From positions 72,354,001-72,418,000 of the forward strand of contig CM060733.1 of NCBI GenBank assembly GCA_030704615.1: a stretch of DNA of 64,000 nt. The letters run 5' to 3'. The position numbers and the translations under genes are program-made. This DNA is from Takakia lepidozioides (lineage: Eukaryota; Plantae; Bryophyta). The notes under the pieces were generated by a model. The model searched no databases and had not been told where the DNA came from. It was given only the letters and a program-made list of their open reading frames with translations. Positions 49,842-62,759 of this stretch are shown in pieces; within the stretch, counting starts at the first letter, position 1, and the number at the start of each line of letters is the position of its first letter.

Positions 49842-50768
49842 TGTTGAGCGGCTTTTACTCACCCATCCCTTCGCTATCCGAGGTGGAAACTCTAAGATAG
49901 AAGAGTTGGATATCTCTAAGCACTCAGCCCGCTCAGAACAATCAGTCATGACCTACAGCTAGTGTATCATGGGGGTACTTCCTATTTGTATTCCTTCTCA
50001 CCTTCATATTAGCAAGTTACCTTACTGTCTATGTTTAAGTATCAGATTGCTTCAGCAATCTACCAGGTTCCAATCACTCATCCATTCATTCCACAGCTTC
50101 ACTCAGGTCTCTCTACACGGTGTGAGTATGGAATATGTATCAGATTAATATTTATCCAGTATCAGGCCGAAGCCTGCTCTACAGTACAAATCTACAGCTT
50201 GCATGAATCAAGCATCATCAGTTTGTGTCTCCTCCTCCACTGTGCTCTCCATCCCTCAGCTCCAGATCGTCCTTCTCTCCCCCGATGACCAAGTCGTGAT
50301 CCCCAAGAAGTGTCCCTCCATGTTACTACTTTGCCTATTCTACCTGCAAGCTGTTCTAACTGCCTAACTAACTAACTGTCATCCAGACAGAATGCACGTT
50401 CCCTCTGCAGATGTCGTTCCCACACAGTCGTTCCCTGCCACTACTAACCGTTCCCTGTGAATGTTGTGATGGGTTGTGCCAAATTATGTCGGGCTGTGAC
50501 TATGCCAAGCTGTGACTGGCTGTGTCGGGCTGTGTCGGGCTGTGATAGACTGTGATATGCTGTGATAGGCTGTGTCCGACTGTGTAAGGTTGTGTAAGGC
50601 TGTGACAAGCTGTGTCCGACTGTGTAAGGCTGTGTCAGGCTGTGACAGACTGTCTACCACCCCTAAGGCCTGTGTTGGTCTAAGTCTACCATCCATAAAT
50701 CTGCACAAAAATTAAGGGTACCCCATAGAACCCGTAAAACTGTCTAAGTCGCAGACAGCCCTCTAACA
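49842..50768 (-). repeat. 5' LTR of the second family member
   Basis: On the minus strand it starts TGTTAGAG at 50768 and ends ...CTCAACA at 49842, followed by the PBS. Confidence 0.92.
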
Positions 50769-50856
50769 GAGGCAGAAGAATTTATTAAGAAAGTGTCATT
50801 CAACCCAGGTGATTCGGTGTGGGGGGCCTTGATTGGTGCATGTAGCCTTCATGGGT
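50769..50856 (+). pseudogene. PLS-class PPR E-domain fragment
   Basis: EAEEFIKKVSFNPGDSVWGALIGACSLHG* versus the consensus EAEEFIKKMPFEPD..VWGALLGACRIHG. Confidence 0.7.
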
Positions 50857-53800
50857 GAAAGGGCTTAGATAGTATGGATTGCTTCATATGTAGATATCAA
50901 GGGGGGAGCAGGTGGAAGGCTGGAAGGTTTCGAAGAGGGGGTGCCTTGCCCACTTTGGTTGCACCTATTGTTCACTTTCAAGAGGCGGTTGCTTAATATG
51001 AGTCGGAAGCCCCTATTTCTGGCTATGGATGCCAATAGAGGGGAGAGATATGGCGACAAGGTTAGTGACATCTTACTTTGTCTTTCTAATTTCCTTCTCT
51101 TCAACGTAATAAGAACCTTGTCAACCAAGTCATGGTTCACCAGTAGGGGCCAAGTGATTGTAAGACACAATCTTGAACTGTCAACGCTTTGGAGGAGATC
51201 TCGTCTTAGTACTACACTCCTGTCTATCACAAGCATGATACAAGATTTGTGGCAAGCAATAATTCATATTTCTCTTTAAGGCGAACAACATAAATGCTAT
51301 TGCTCTGCGGAGAGAAGGCTTGTTGATTTCTTGTTTTGCTTTGCTCACCCGGCTCTATAATGGATGTTAAGATTTGATTGATTGGTTGGTTGACTAAGTT
51401 TACATCTCTTTTATGTATAAGTAGTTAAACGCAGACACAAAACCTTGAAACACTGCCAAGAATTGGTTACGTGGTAAAATGGATATATATAGCTTGGCCA
51501 TCTGCATTTCAGAGGACCTTGTTATAGCTATCAATTTGTAAATTGGGACAACTGTGACTGAGTAGAGTGAAATAGCTTTAGAATAGCTGGTCAATACAAC
51601 TGCAGATATTGAAAAGTGAATGGAGACTTGAAAGTGTGTCAACCTGTTAGTTGTGTTGAAATCATTGAGATTAATGTGGGGTTGGAGTGCAGGCCTGCAT
51701 TTCCCATTCAATTAGCACCACACTTGGAGGAAGGTGAAAGTGCAGGGAGGCATGAGCATGGTCACATGTGTGTGACCACTGTTGAGATTTGCCCAACACC
51801 ATCATCTTTGAAGATTTTGAACGGTAAGCAAATTGGTGCCTTTCGAAAGCCAGATAAGAGATTGCCCACCTCCTGACATCTATGTAGTTCCCGAGCTGTG
51901 GTCTTAACTACCAAGCAAATCAATTACATCATGTCTTTTTTTCTGGATTGCAAAAGCAATCAAAGGGAGTGTGATTTGCTGTTGGTAAACAGCCATGGTG
52001 TTGCATGCTTTTCATGACCTGCCATATCCTGTCTTCCACCCTTGAGACTTGGCGTAAAATGTAAAATTGGTAAATTTGAATTCCATTATGTTTGTATCCA
52101 TAGGGTCCACACTTGGATGGTGGGAAATCTGCTTCAAAATAATTTCCCTGCATGGCAATTTCCATGTCTGCGATAAGTTCAAACCTGGGGTTCCACAAGG
52201 ATCAATAACCTGTTGGGTTGTTGATTGGCTTTGATGGATGCAGGGGAGGCCATTTCAACATCTTTTTTTGCTGGGGTTGCCACTAAGAGCCAGAGACTCA
52301 GAAGTTAAAGCTTTGAGCTCTTGCAAGCTATAGATGACAGTCTATACTAAGCTATGGCTTGCCTCCACACCAAAGGAGTAATCTTGAAGCAGCTTGGACT
52401 AAATTGCGGAAAGAAGGTGATAATCCCTCTTTCAGCATCTACCTTAATATAGTATTGCAATGTTGGGGCTCAACACACAATGTGATTTGATAAACTGATA
52501 CAATAAACAATTTCAATGTCGTAATCACTGCAAATTGACAGAAAAAAATAGTGGTACCTGGGCTGGCTGAGCTGAGCTGAGCTGGGCTGAGCTGGGCTGA
52601 GTTGGGCTGGTTCGCAGCTGGATTACCCAAAAATGGATTTCCCTTTCCCAATTCCAAGGTCGCGCAAATCACTGCTGTATAACTAAGGTCATCATGGATA
52701 AGAGTCTCAAGTTGGACCAGGCGAGCCTACAAAGTTGTCCAGCAAAATGCTCAAACAACAGCCTGGGATTGGAGGAACCCAGTTGCCCCACTCTGCAAAA
52801 GCAAATGCTAAACCTTTCATACATTATTTTGAAGTATATCTAATCTGACCTGTGCCAGTTCCAACTGATGGTATCCAAAAGACATATCAGGAGCATACAT
52901 TGGGTGAGGCGGCCACTGGTGGACTCTCGGTTTACCTATGTACTTGTAGGTTGACAGGTGCTAGTTAGCAATTGTTGCTTAAGCTGACAGGTGCAGTAAA
53001 GCTGCAAATCCAAATCTCGTGTTCCAAATCTTGTTCCAAATCCTAAGTTGATTTCTTGGTGGGATACAGAGGGAATTGTGAATCCGAAACAAAATGCGGC
53101 CACGAAGTGAAGTAGGATCTGTGATCTTGTTCAATTCAAAAGATGAGGATGATAATTGGATTCCCATGAAGGTGGAGAGTAACTCTTGGGTAGCATTGAT
53201 GCCGCGTACCTCCTGCTCTCCGTTTTTTAGGGAAGTTTGACTTCGGTGTTTGCTCCTCTAGTAATCGACCTCTCAAAATCAACGGTGCATACTTTCCATC
53301 AATTGCAACCCGCACGTTATAAGGAGGCTGCTTGCTCAATGGCAAATTCGTGATCTCCGACAATGCCATTCTCAGTAGCTGAGTGCCTGAAGGTAAAAAA
53401 CCAGTATCATGTTTGTTAATTCCTCTTAATCCCAAACTAATTAATGGAGTGCTCCAATTTTACAAAAACCAGCCGTTTGTTAATTCCTTGATATTGTCTG
53501 ATGGAGTGCTCCAATTTTACAAAAGTTGTGAGGGTATTAGGAATTGCCTGAAGTTCATATGCTGATCGCACGTCTGGATTTGGTATATGACCTGCGGTAA
53601 CACTTCATAAAGTGTGGCTTCTGTTATCTGATTCAAGTACCGATTTATTTGATTTAGCTTCAATTCAGAGATACGGCCATATACATCTACAATAACTTTT
53701 CCACTTTGTGAAGGAGCCAAGTGATTTTGGTTCTATCTTTGGCTACTTTGGTGTGAGGGGTTCAGAGCACATTGTTTGTCTCATTTTTCTTGTATCAGGG

Positions 53801-54014
53801 GTTAGCTCACCAGGTGAGGTATTGCCATACAATTTTTGGTTTGCAATCAGAATAAACCAGCATAAGAAGTTTTCCCAATCCATTCCCCGTTTTAAACATA
53901 ATTTATGAAGGGCCAGCCAAGTGGGGAAACAAGTTGTTATCCAGCACCTGAGCTCAGCTGATCCCTCATTTCCATGGAGGTTAGCTATTTCATGAGCATG
54001 AGCGGCATGAGCGG

Positions 54015-55500
54015 AGTAGTAAGACAATCGGTTTTCACGAGCAGAAGTACAAATTCTGGAAATAAAAAACATTTAAAAACATTATTTTAATGGAACGTGT
54101 CAGAAAAAAAAAAATACTCATTGTTTGAAGTACAAATTGTAGTTTCGAGAGCCGTGCTCATGATATTTTGTCTTCCGCTCATGCGAATTCCGAGCGACAT
54201 CTGCAAAAATGGCGCCGAATTTCGCGGTAATAGGTTCCGCAAGTAGAGAAATCGGCGACGTATTGCGCGGTAATAGATGTCTCCGCCGAAAAATGGTGCC
54301 GAATTTTGTGGTTATAGGTCCCAACATGATTGAAGTGTAAGCCCAAAATTTGGAAATGTGGCGCCGAATTTCGGTACATGGTGCCGGGCATTGCACAGAT
54401 GTTGGGCAGTTCTGGGCCATGTAACCAGAAGGCATGTAACCGATTTAATTGCGAACTTGTTGTAGTCCAGCCCAGCCAGCTCCGAGCGGTGTCCCTCCAT
54501 GTGAAGCCCTCGCAGAATTTCAAGAATGGATCGAACTGCTATGTTCGTGCTGGGAATATGACTCCCTCGTCTGTTGATGTCCATTGAGGACTTGCCTGAT
54601 CTCCAGGATGATCTCGGAACTTCCATGACCTCGGACAGGTTGTGAACAACCCGGTTCTCGCTTGTCTTCATTGATGGGTTCAGCTCTGGATTTACTTCGT
54701 TGCGGACTTCTCTCTTTGAGGTACCCACTCTCTGATTCGCGGATTGTTTCGTAGAAGGCGCCAGGATAGAAGGTGCATTTGGCGGGCAAATGAAGTCCCC
54801 AACAGCCCTGTATATGACGTTGTCCGATGGTGGAACTCGCCATTCCCTGCCATCGCCGAAATCATCGTGGAGCACAACAATACTTTCGACTACAACTCCG
54901 TTTGAATCCTTCATTTCCTCCTCCAAAAATATCGACCCCGGTTTCAGATGGTATCGAACGCAGAGATATTTCTCCATCACCCGGCAGATCTCCCCTCTGC
55001 ACGGAAATGTAGCTCTATGCTCGTGAGGAGGGCAGTACACTATAGCGCTCGGGTTTTCTGCCATGGGAGATGTGCACACAAGACTGCCAGGACCAAGCGC
55101 CCTGGGAGAAGGGGGGATGATAGCGAGGGGAAGGAATGCAGATCCGCACATAGCGGTCCAAACCGTGGACCGCTGCGGTTAAAACCGGCGTCCGCCGGTC
55201 CGTCTCAACTCTTGGTTATCCCGCGGGTAAAGACCCGCACCCTGCTCGCACGCTTCAGGGACTCACGCCTGAGCCACGCGGCTGATGTATTTGATCTCAG
55301 TACGACTTAAGGTCAGCATTGGGGCCCCGCTCCCCGTACGTCGTGGCTGGGCCACGGCTGCCTCCACGCTTCAAGTAATCGAGTGCCTATTCTCTAGGCG
55401 CAGCACCCAGGCTCCTCCCGGGCTGCTCGCGACTTTGGGCAGCTGCTGTCAAGCAAATTTAGCCCGCCCAAACCCCAAGACAAAAAAATAACAACCCACC
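54015..55500 (-). mobile_element. Deleted DNA-transposon derivative: N-terminal ORF fragment (55070->54420) joined to a terminal region with GGCGCCGAATT repeats
   Basis: 54030-54405 is an inverted homolog of 63620-64000, which follows the SWIM ORF. The outer boundaries are approximate. Confidence 0.5.
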
Positions 55501-55526
55501 CTCCCCTAGGCCTCCATGGGCTTGCT

Positions 55527-56487
55527 TGTGGGGGGGGGGGGAATTAGCACATAGTGGCCTTATAGTGGCCTTATATCATAGATCTAGCCTGCTGGCCTTC
55601 CTTTTCTAGAGCTGGCTATATTCCAAATTAGTAACCAAAAACACAAAGATTCCTTCTTCAAACAAATCAAATACAAGCCTCTATTGGTATTCTTTCCAAT
55701 AGGCTATGGGGTTCTTCCCCTTGTCAATCATAGACATGAAATAGTGGGATTCCACAATGCATACTCCTCTTTTGAGGGACTAAATCAGATTCTCAACTTC
55801 AACTTTGCTTGGAAAATAAATAAATCACATACATAAATGGTGAAATGGTAAGATGGGATCAACCTTTCAATGCGAGAGTGCTTGGGATGCTCTATCGACT
55901 CAAGTAATGGTACTCTATGCGGCCTTCACTTGGGCTCTCGTCCATAAGTCCATACCAGCCCCTCATATTCGTCCTCAAGTCACTTTCATCCACATGAAAT
56001 TGCCCTCTTCCTTCACAAATGGAAATGGCTCAAAGGCCCACAAGCTAGGCCTCTTGCCTTAGCTCACAAGAATTCTACCTAACTAGGGAGCTTCAAGTTC
56101 CACTCCCTAGGATCTAGCCCCTTCTCAAGCCAAAACTAGCAAGCACTACAACAAGAGGAAACTAAACAAATGAGTTAGATGAAGAGCAACAGAAGCCTTG
56201 CTCCTCTTTTATACTGTTTTTGAGCCTAATAAACTAAAAAAAAAAATTCATTAAACTATTGTTTCCTTGGAGGATCTACAATATAATATTCAACATGGAT
56301 GAAAAGTCTTAGAGGCAGATGAAAGCTGGCTTTTCATCCATCCAATTGGATGACCAGTTGGCGCGAGTTGTCATTTCATCCATCTAGCTCCTCCAGGCGA
56401 ATTTCAAGATTTTTCATCCATCCAAGAAGTAGAAATTCAAATAATCGGCTCCCTTCGGCATTTTCCATTCCGGCAGCACCTCCCACA
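55527..56487 (-). mobile_element. Possible solo LTR
   Basis: Ends TGTGGG...CCCACA, with a TATA-like AGTATAAAAG on the minus strand near 56210. The flanks give no matching TSD. Confidence 0.35.
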
Positions 56488-56499
56488 TACATTAACGTT

Positions 56500-58610
56500 T
56501 GTTTCTTTACATCGAGATGGTGATTTTGTGGGTCTATGAAATGTTCAAATGCTGATTCCTGTGAAGTGTTGAGCTTATATTTTTTTCATGACAAAATATT
56601 TAGTTATTTGATGTTGATCTCCATTGTGCACGATATCGGGATCTACATCGTAATTGTCGTCATCTGGGATATCCATTGGTTCGTTTTTTGAAATTTCTCT
56701 CAATTATGGGTTTTATGGTGAAGGTTATCGTTTTTGGATGACTGAGTTGCATTTGCGAACTCGTACAGTTTGTTGTCAATGCCAGTGGGCGGATTTTTGG
56801 ATTCGCGTAATGTTTTCAACCATTTATTGATTTGGGTTCTATTTGATTTTTTTGATGCAGTTTGGATCATTTCTATTTTTGGTGCGGTATGGGGTTGTGG
56901 TGATATTTTCCCGTTGGCATCCGTAACGAGCTTGTTGGTAACCTCGACCACATAATTATTTTCGCCTGTATTGCACATAAGATATTCGATTTGTAACTTT
57001 TGGCCTTTTGTGACTATGTCTTCTATATGTTGCGACGTCGAATTGTTGTCCACACATATATCGTCGTTGTCGTCTTCGTGCATTTTGTCTGGCATCTCAT
57101 TGTATAAGGGGTCGATGTTGATGTCTTCTGGATTCTCGTCGTCGTCTAGATTTTTGTTCTTCAGTAATAGTCTGTCGGAGTCTCGCGATTCTTTGCATTC
57201 ATGCAGCATGTCGATATTTGCGATGATTTTTCTGTTGAATTCCGAACATATTGGATATAGTTCGTCGAGAGAGTCTTCCCAACTTTGTGGTGATATTGGC
57301 TTTAAGTCGTGGATAGATCTCCATGGCATGAACAGAATACAAATAGCGCGAGCGTACGTTGCCGCATCATTTTTTTTCGAAAGTATTTTGTAGCTTTGTA
57401 TTACCGGCACTTTGGTTACTTGAGATTCATATACACTGTGGATGTCACTTTGCGGATGTTCGTGCATGAATTTATAGTAGTACGGGCTTTTTACCTTGCA
57501 CGATTTACTGCAGAACTCGTAAGGTGACATTTTCCCGAACTTGTGTAGGCTGCGTTGGTAGTCGATGCAAAAATTATACATAATCAACTTGTCATTCTGT
57601 TTGGATCTTTCGACTTTGAACGTTTCGAAGATATTTTTGGGGTCGTTATCGTCAGGTGTGTTGTTCAGATTGTTGTTTCCATCTTCGTTCGATTGAGATT
57701 GTTCTTGTTCGCGAATCCATGCCGATAAACTATACCACGGTAGATATGCAAACTGGTGGTCTGTCAAATGGTCTGGATATTTCGTAAAGTAACCGACTGC
57801 CCTTGTCGCCGAGATCTCTTGTTGCGATCCGATCGTGTTTAAACATCGAATCAACAATTTGCGGCTTTTCTTAACTGAATGTTCGGAATATAGATCGTCA
57901 TAAGTCGTTTTAAATTTTTTTTAAGCTATTTGCAAGAGCGAATACATGTGTGATGTGTAGACGGGAGATTTTGTGATATAATCCGTGATATAGTATATCA
58001 GAGCCTTTGCGTCTTTCCCTGAAGCACCGATGAATTTCAAATCGTGGTTGTATCTTCCTGATACTAACATCCATGGATTTGCGTTGTTCAACCGTCTGTC
58101 GGTTCGTTTTATATGCAGCAGCCCGGTTTCGTCGTCGAAATGCATTTCTTCAACTAAGACAGCGGGAAATCCGTATCTACAATTCTTTTTAAAAACGTCT
58201 TCGTTTGTTTTGTAGCACGCGAGATTACAGACGTGACGATTGCATACATTCAACAGTTTTGAAACGTCGCACGCAAAGTCAGTATGAAATTTTTTAGAGT
58301 GAACATCGGGAGGTCTAGTAGCGCACGAATGGATTTCGGTGTTTACATTATTTTCTTCGTTGTCGGAGTCAATTGTAGTGGCTGGAATATCGTCGTCGAC
58401 TGGTATTTCGGATTTGAATTGGATCAAGTCGTGTACTATGATGTTGTCTAAATATGCCAACATTTTACGTTTGAATTCTTCATCGTCTTTCAGTTTTTCT
58501 ACAAGATCGTTTGGATTTGGGGCATTTTCTAGCCACAGCAATGTGTGTATGTGAAGTGAACCATTTTTCGCGGTTTCGTAACAACCGTAATATGCGTTTA
58601 TGTCCTAATT
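56500..58610 (-). mobile_element. Helitron Rep (HUH endonuclease) fragment, Helitron2/Helentron-like
   Basis: YYGCYETAKNGSLHIHTLLWLENAP (HUH motif), RHVCNLACYK...CRYGFP, NHDLKFIGASGKDAKALIYYITDYITKS (catalytic Tyr motif), RCLNTIGSQQEISA, RAICILFMPWR. Truncated before the helicase. Confidence 0.85.
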
Positions 58611-58814
58611 ATCATTCCTGACGTGACGTGGCGCTGACACGTCGGCCGTCACATCCAACGTGCGTTACGTCACGTCGAATCCGGACGTTTCTCCATATAA
58701 TTTTTTTTACATTTGACTTTTACGATTTACTTCTACCCTTTGTAATGACATGGCAGCCACGGTGTAAAACACACGTGGCCAATTATTAATAATTAATAAT
58801 TCTTTTAAAAACAT

Positions 58815-59600
58815 GTGTCCGCCTATATTGGCAGTCGCATACAATTTATTATTTTTAAAATAAAAGCGACCGCCCATATTGGCGGTCGCTTGTAATTTAA
58901 TATTTTGTTAAATTAAGCGACCGCCTATATTGGCGGTCGTCGGCAATTTATTTATTTTTAAATGAAGCGACAGCCCATATTGGCGGTCGCTACTATTTTA
59001 TTATATTTTAAAATAAGCGACCGCCTATATTGGCGGTCGATTGAAGTTTATTATATTTTAAATGAAGCGACCGCCCAGATTGGCGGTCGCTCGTATTATA
59101 TTATATTATATTATTATATCTTTGATATATTCTGGTAAAATACAGCGACCGCCATGTGGCGGTCGCTATATATATTTTTTAAATTTAGCGACCCCCATTT
59201 AGCAGTGGTCGCGTAATTTTATTTGTATTCTTAAATAAAGCGACCGCCGTTTGGCGGTCGCTTCTTCAAGTAATTCTTGAAAAATGCAGCGACCGCCATT
59301 TGGCGGCCGCCGCTATTTTTGTTAATAAAGAATACAACGACCGCCATTTGGAGACGGTCGCTCGATTTGATTTTGATTCATAAATTAAGCGACTGCCGTT
59401 TGGCGGTCGCTTACTTAATATTTTTTTTTAAATGAAGCGACCGCCATTTAGCGGCGGTCGCTTATTTATATTTTGAATCTTGAATTAAGCGACCGCCAGT
59501 AGGCGGTCGCTTATTTAATATTTTTTTTTAAAAAGCAGTGACCGCCATGCGGCGGTCGCGTGTTTTTTTTTTTCTTAGAAATCCAGGGACCCGCCGTGTG
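58815..59600. repeat. Array of ~15 palindromes AGCGACCGCC-N(4-7)-GGCGGTCGCT at ~50-bp spacing with AT-rich spacers
   Basis: Units start near 58815, 58865, 58916, 58966, 59016, 59066, 59144, 59187, 59239, 59288, 59336, 59387, 59436, 59488 and 59537. Confidence 0.92.
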
Positions 59601-61944
59601 GTGTTTTGTTTTTAATTTTTTAATCATGAAGCGGCGCCTGGCCAGCCACGTGGCGAGGTGCCACGGGTCAGGAAAAACGAAACAAATGGGATGGGGGGAG
59701 GTGGTTTTGAACCCTTGACCTCTCCTATATGGGTGCGCGTGGCGAGGTACGACTGGCCAGTCCCGGTTTTTTCAAGCATAATGTCATTTTTGTGGGGGGG
59801 GGTTTGGACCCTGTAGTGGGCAAAGGTTTATACAATGTCAGGGGTTGTGAGTTCAAGTTCTGGGGCGGGGTCGTCTGGGGGTCGGAGGAAGAGAAAACGT
59901 GCCCACGAGCGGGATAGTCAGGTCAACAAGCCAGACTACCCGGGACTGAATGTCTTGGATAGGGTGAAAGAAGTGGTAGTGGATTATTTCAAGGGTAGGG
60001 ACATGATGACGTTGGAGAGTGCTTATGTCAGGCATTGATGGGAGGGGTTTCAGATTTTCCAGCAAAATATGACGTCGGAGGCCTTTGCCGTTGGGAAGAT
60101 AGCGGTACAAATAAATGGCGACGCTCATTAGTATGTTCGAGGACCAATTTACGGGAGGTTGTTGGCATTCAATGCTACAAAGGTTGTACGACAACAACAA
60201 GAATGAGAGAGTCACATTAGCCCATGTAGTACTTCGGTTCATGGGCAAGCCATTCAATTGGCCTGAGCCGAAAGACGTATATAGGATGGAGTAGACCATA
60301 GTCTCGTAGATATGATATTTGTGGCGGTACAATGGTTCTTTTATGAAGACATAACTCAATTTTGATCGTGCATGTAATAAATAAAGTCTCATTGTAAATA
60401 CTACATTGCATATGCTCGACCCTGGCACCTGTCATCGCATCATAAATGGTTTATGTACTGACTCACTGTTTATATTTGTAATGTTCCAAGGTTTCGGATA
60501 GGGTTATTACAAAACGATGTATTAGTTCCGCAGGAGTTAGACAACAACGTCTCACATCTCATTCAACTGTGCGACACTACCATGAGAGGCATGGATCGGA
60601 AAGTAATAGGTGCACGTGCGACCTCTGAACATTTGATACTAGGTCCAGCGAATGGTCTACTTGAACGTCCGGAGGTCGCATGTACACTTATTACTTTTTG
60701 ATCCATGTCACTTATGGTAGTATCGCACAGTTGAATGAGATATGGAACGTTTGTTGTCTAACTCCTATGGAGCCAATATATCATTTTCTTGGTACCCTGT
60801 CAGAAACATTGAAACATTCAAAGTTACAAACAATGCCACAATACACGGCCGGTTTTGTTGAAATGACATCTGTGAGGTTCGAGCGTATGCAATTTATTAT
60901 TTACAACAGAATTTTATTTACTCGGGGGACCGGTACTGCTGCTAGAGCGCAACTGATGGTGCGAGTTCTCTATTGATTAGAGCTGTCACAACCAATGTCA
61001 ACAATCATATTTACGGTAAGGTGTTTCATGCTAATGTTGTTCCTCTAGATGAATTCTGTAGTACTCTTTTTGTTATTCTCATGCCAACGTCCTCTAAGAT
61101 TGTCATGTTCAAACGGACGTATCAGCCACCCCGGCCAGCTTGCAGGCTGCAGCCATGGCCCACCATAAATTGAATGAATTGGAGATTTTGTGCGAAGTTC
61201 CTGGTTTCATGTCCGTGGTGGCTGATACGGAATTCGGAATATGACAGTCGTAGTGGACCTGATGTTGTTGGCATGGGAGTAGCAAAACGATTCCTAAAGA
61301 ATTCAGCTATATGAACATCGGCAGTATGAAACACCTTGCAGTACATATGATTCTTGAGATTGTTTGCACGGATTATTTGTGTTTGTGCTTTCAAGTGGCG
61401 AACATTTCCGCCATGGTGCGGAAGAGGTGCATTGGTCATATTAAACGGTTGATGTGATACCATTTCACAAATGTATCACATCGCATTTGTGAAAATGTAT
61501 CACATGAACCGTTCCATGTAGCCTACGGGAGTCTTCGATGGGTACGAGATCAATGTGGCCTACGAGATCTGCTTCCACCAACAAACATGTGATCATTTCA
61601 GAAGCACTAGAACTTTGAAGCGACAATGGGCAAGGTTCAACATGATGAGGTCTTCTGTAATGTCTCTTGCTTCGTAATGAGGTGCTTCTCCAACTCTTAT
61701 TTTTCCAATGTTAATATCTTCCATATCCCCACATGCGTATATAAAGACTTAAAAAAACAAATGACCAAATGACTTATTTAAGGATTTATGCACACATGTG
61801 TGGATCTGTTCCAGGTGGAGAATATCAACATATTGGATAAAGTGGACATGGAGAAGCACCGCATTACGAGGCAGGAGACACTACAAAAAAAGCTTCAAAG
61901 GGCATATCGTGTAACAGGTCCCAGTATAATCGAAGACGAAACCC

Positions 61945-62325
61945 CATTCATTCAATGGACGATTGAATGGTTGCCCATCCAAATGATTTTCGTTTGCTTT
62001 CAATCTTTGCCACTATGTTCAACATACCATGTATCAGGTCCCAGACTAATATGAGATCAATCGAAATTCATTCGATGGCTCAACGGATGGTTGGCCATCA
62101 AAATGATTTTGGTTCGCTTTGAGACTTGGCCACTATGTTCAATGTGCCATGTAAGAGGCCCCAGAGTAATATGAGATCAATCAAAATTCGTTCAATGGGC
62201 CAACGGATGGTTGCCCATCCAAATGATTTTCGTTCGCTTTGAAACATGGCCAGTGTGTTCAATGTACCCTCTGATACGTCCCAGTGTAATACGAGATCAA
62301 TCGAAATACGTTCGATTGTCCAATG
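61945..62325. repeat. Tandem repeat, ~3 x 120 bp
   Basis: atggttgcccatccaaatgattttcgtt...ccactatgttcaa...cccaga..aatatgagatcaatc recurs at ~61970, ~62090 and ~62210. Confidence 0.9.
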
Positions 62326-62759
62326 AGGCGTTCACTTGTCATCTGGTTTTTGTTCAATGCGAAAAAAAAATCCTGCAATGCGTGCACGACTATTGCACCC
62401 ATTGAACGGATGTGGTTGAAGCCCCTCTTTTGCCCCCATGTGCTTGAACATGTGTGCGACACATGTGCAGAGACACATTAGACAAATAAATCATTTGCCT
62501 CCCCATCGACGCGTTCACCCCTCAAGTCATTCCACAATTTAATTGAATTTAAATTCATCTTAAGGCAATAAATAAGTTTGCACTTCCTTTCATTGGGGGT
62601 TTCTGGCACGTATCGAATTTGTTTTTGGCTCAATTTTGTTCTGCGGCTTCGAGCATCCCACTGCTACTCCCCCGCCAAAATTTGCAGCAATAAAAAATGC
62701 CCCAAAAAAAAAGTGTTATCTTTCGCAAGCCCAAGTATGGCATTCAGGGAATACTGGAG

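Noticed and set aside
50865-54000. Short ORFs, possibly LINE or gene remnants
   Set aside because: I could not recognise any motif with confidence.
58815-59600. CRISPR array
   Set aside because: The context is eukaryotic with no cas genes, the repeats vary internally, and the spacers are AT-rich and similar to one another rather than unique.
59695-59760. tRNA or SINE suggested by a B-box-like GGTTCAAAACC on the minus strand (similar near 24645)
   Set aside because: No cloverleaf could be built; it is probably a TE-internal tRNA-like remnant.
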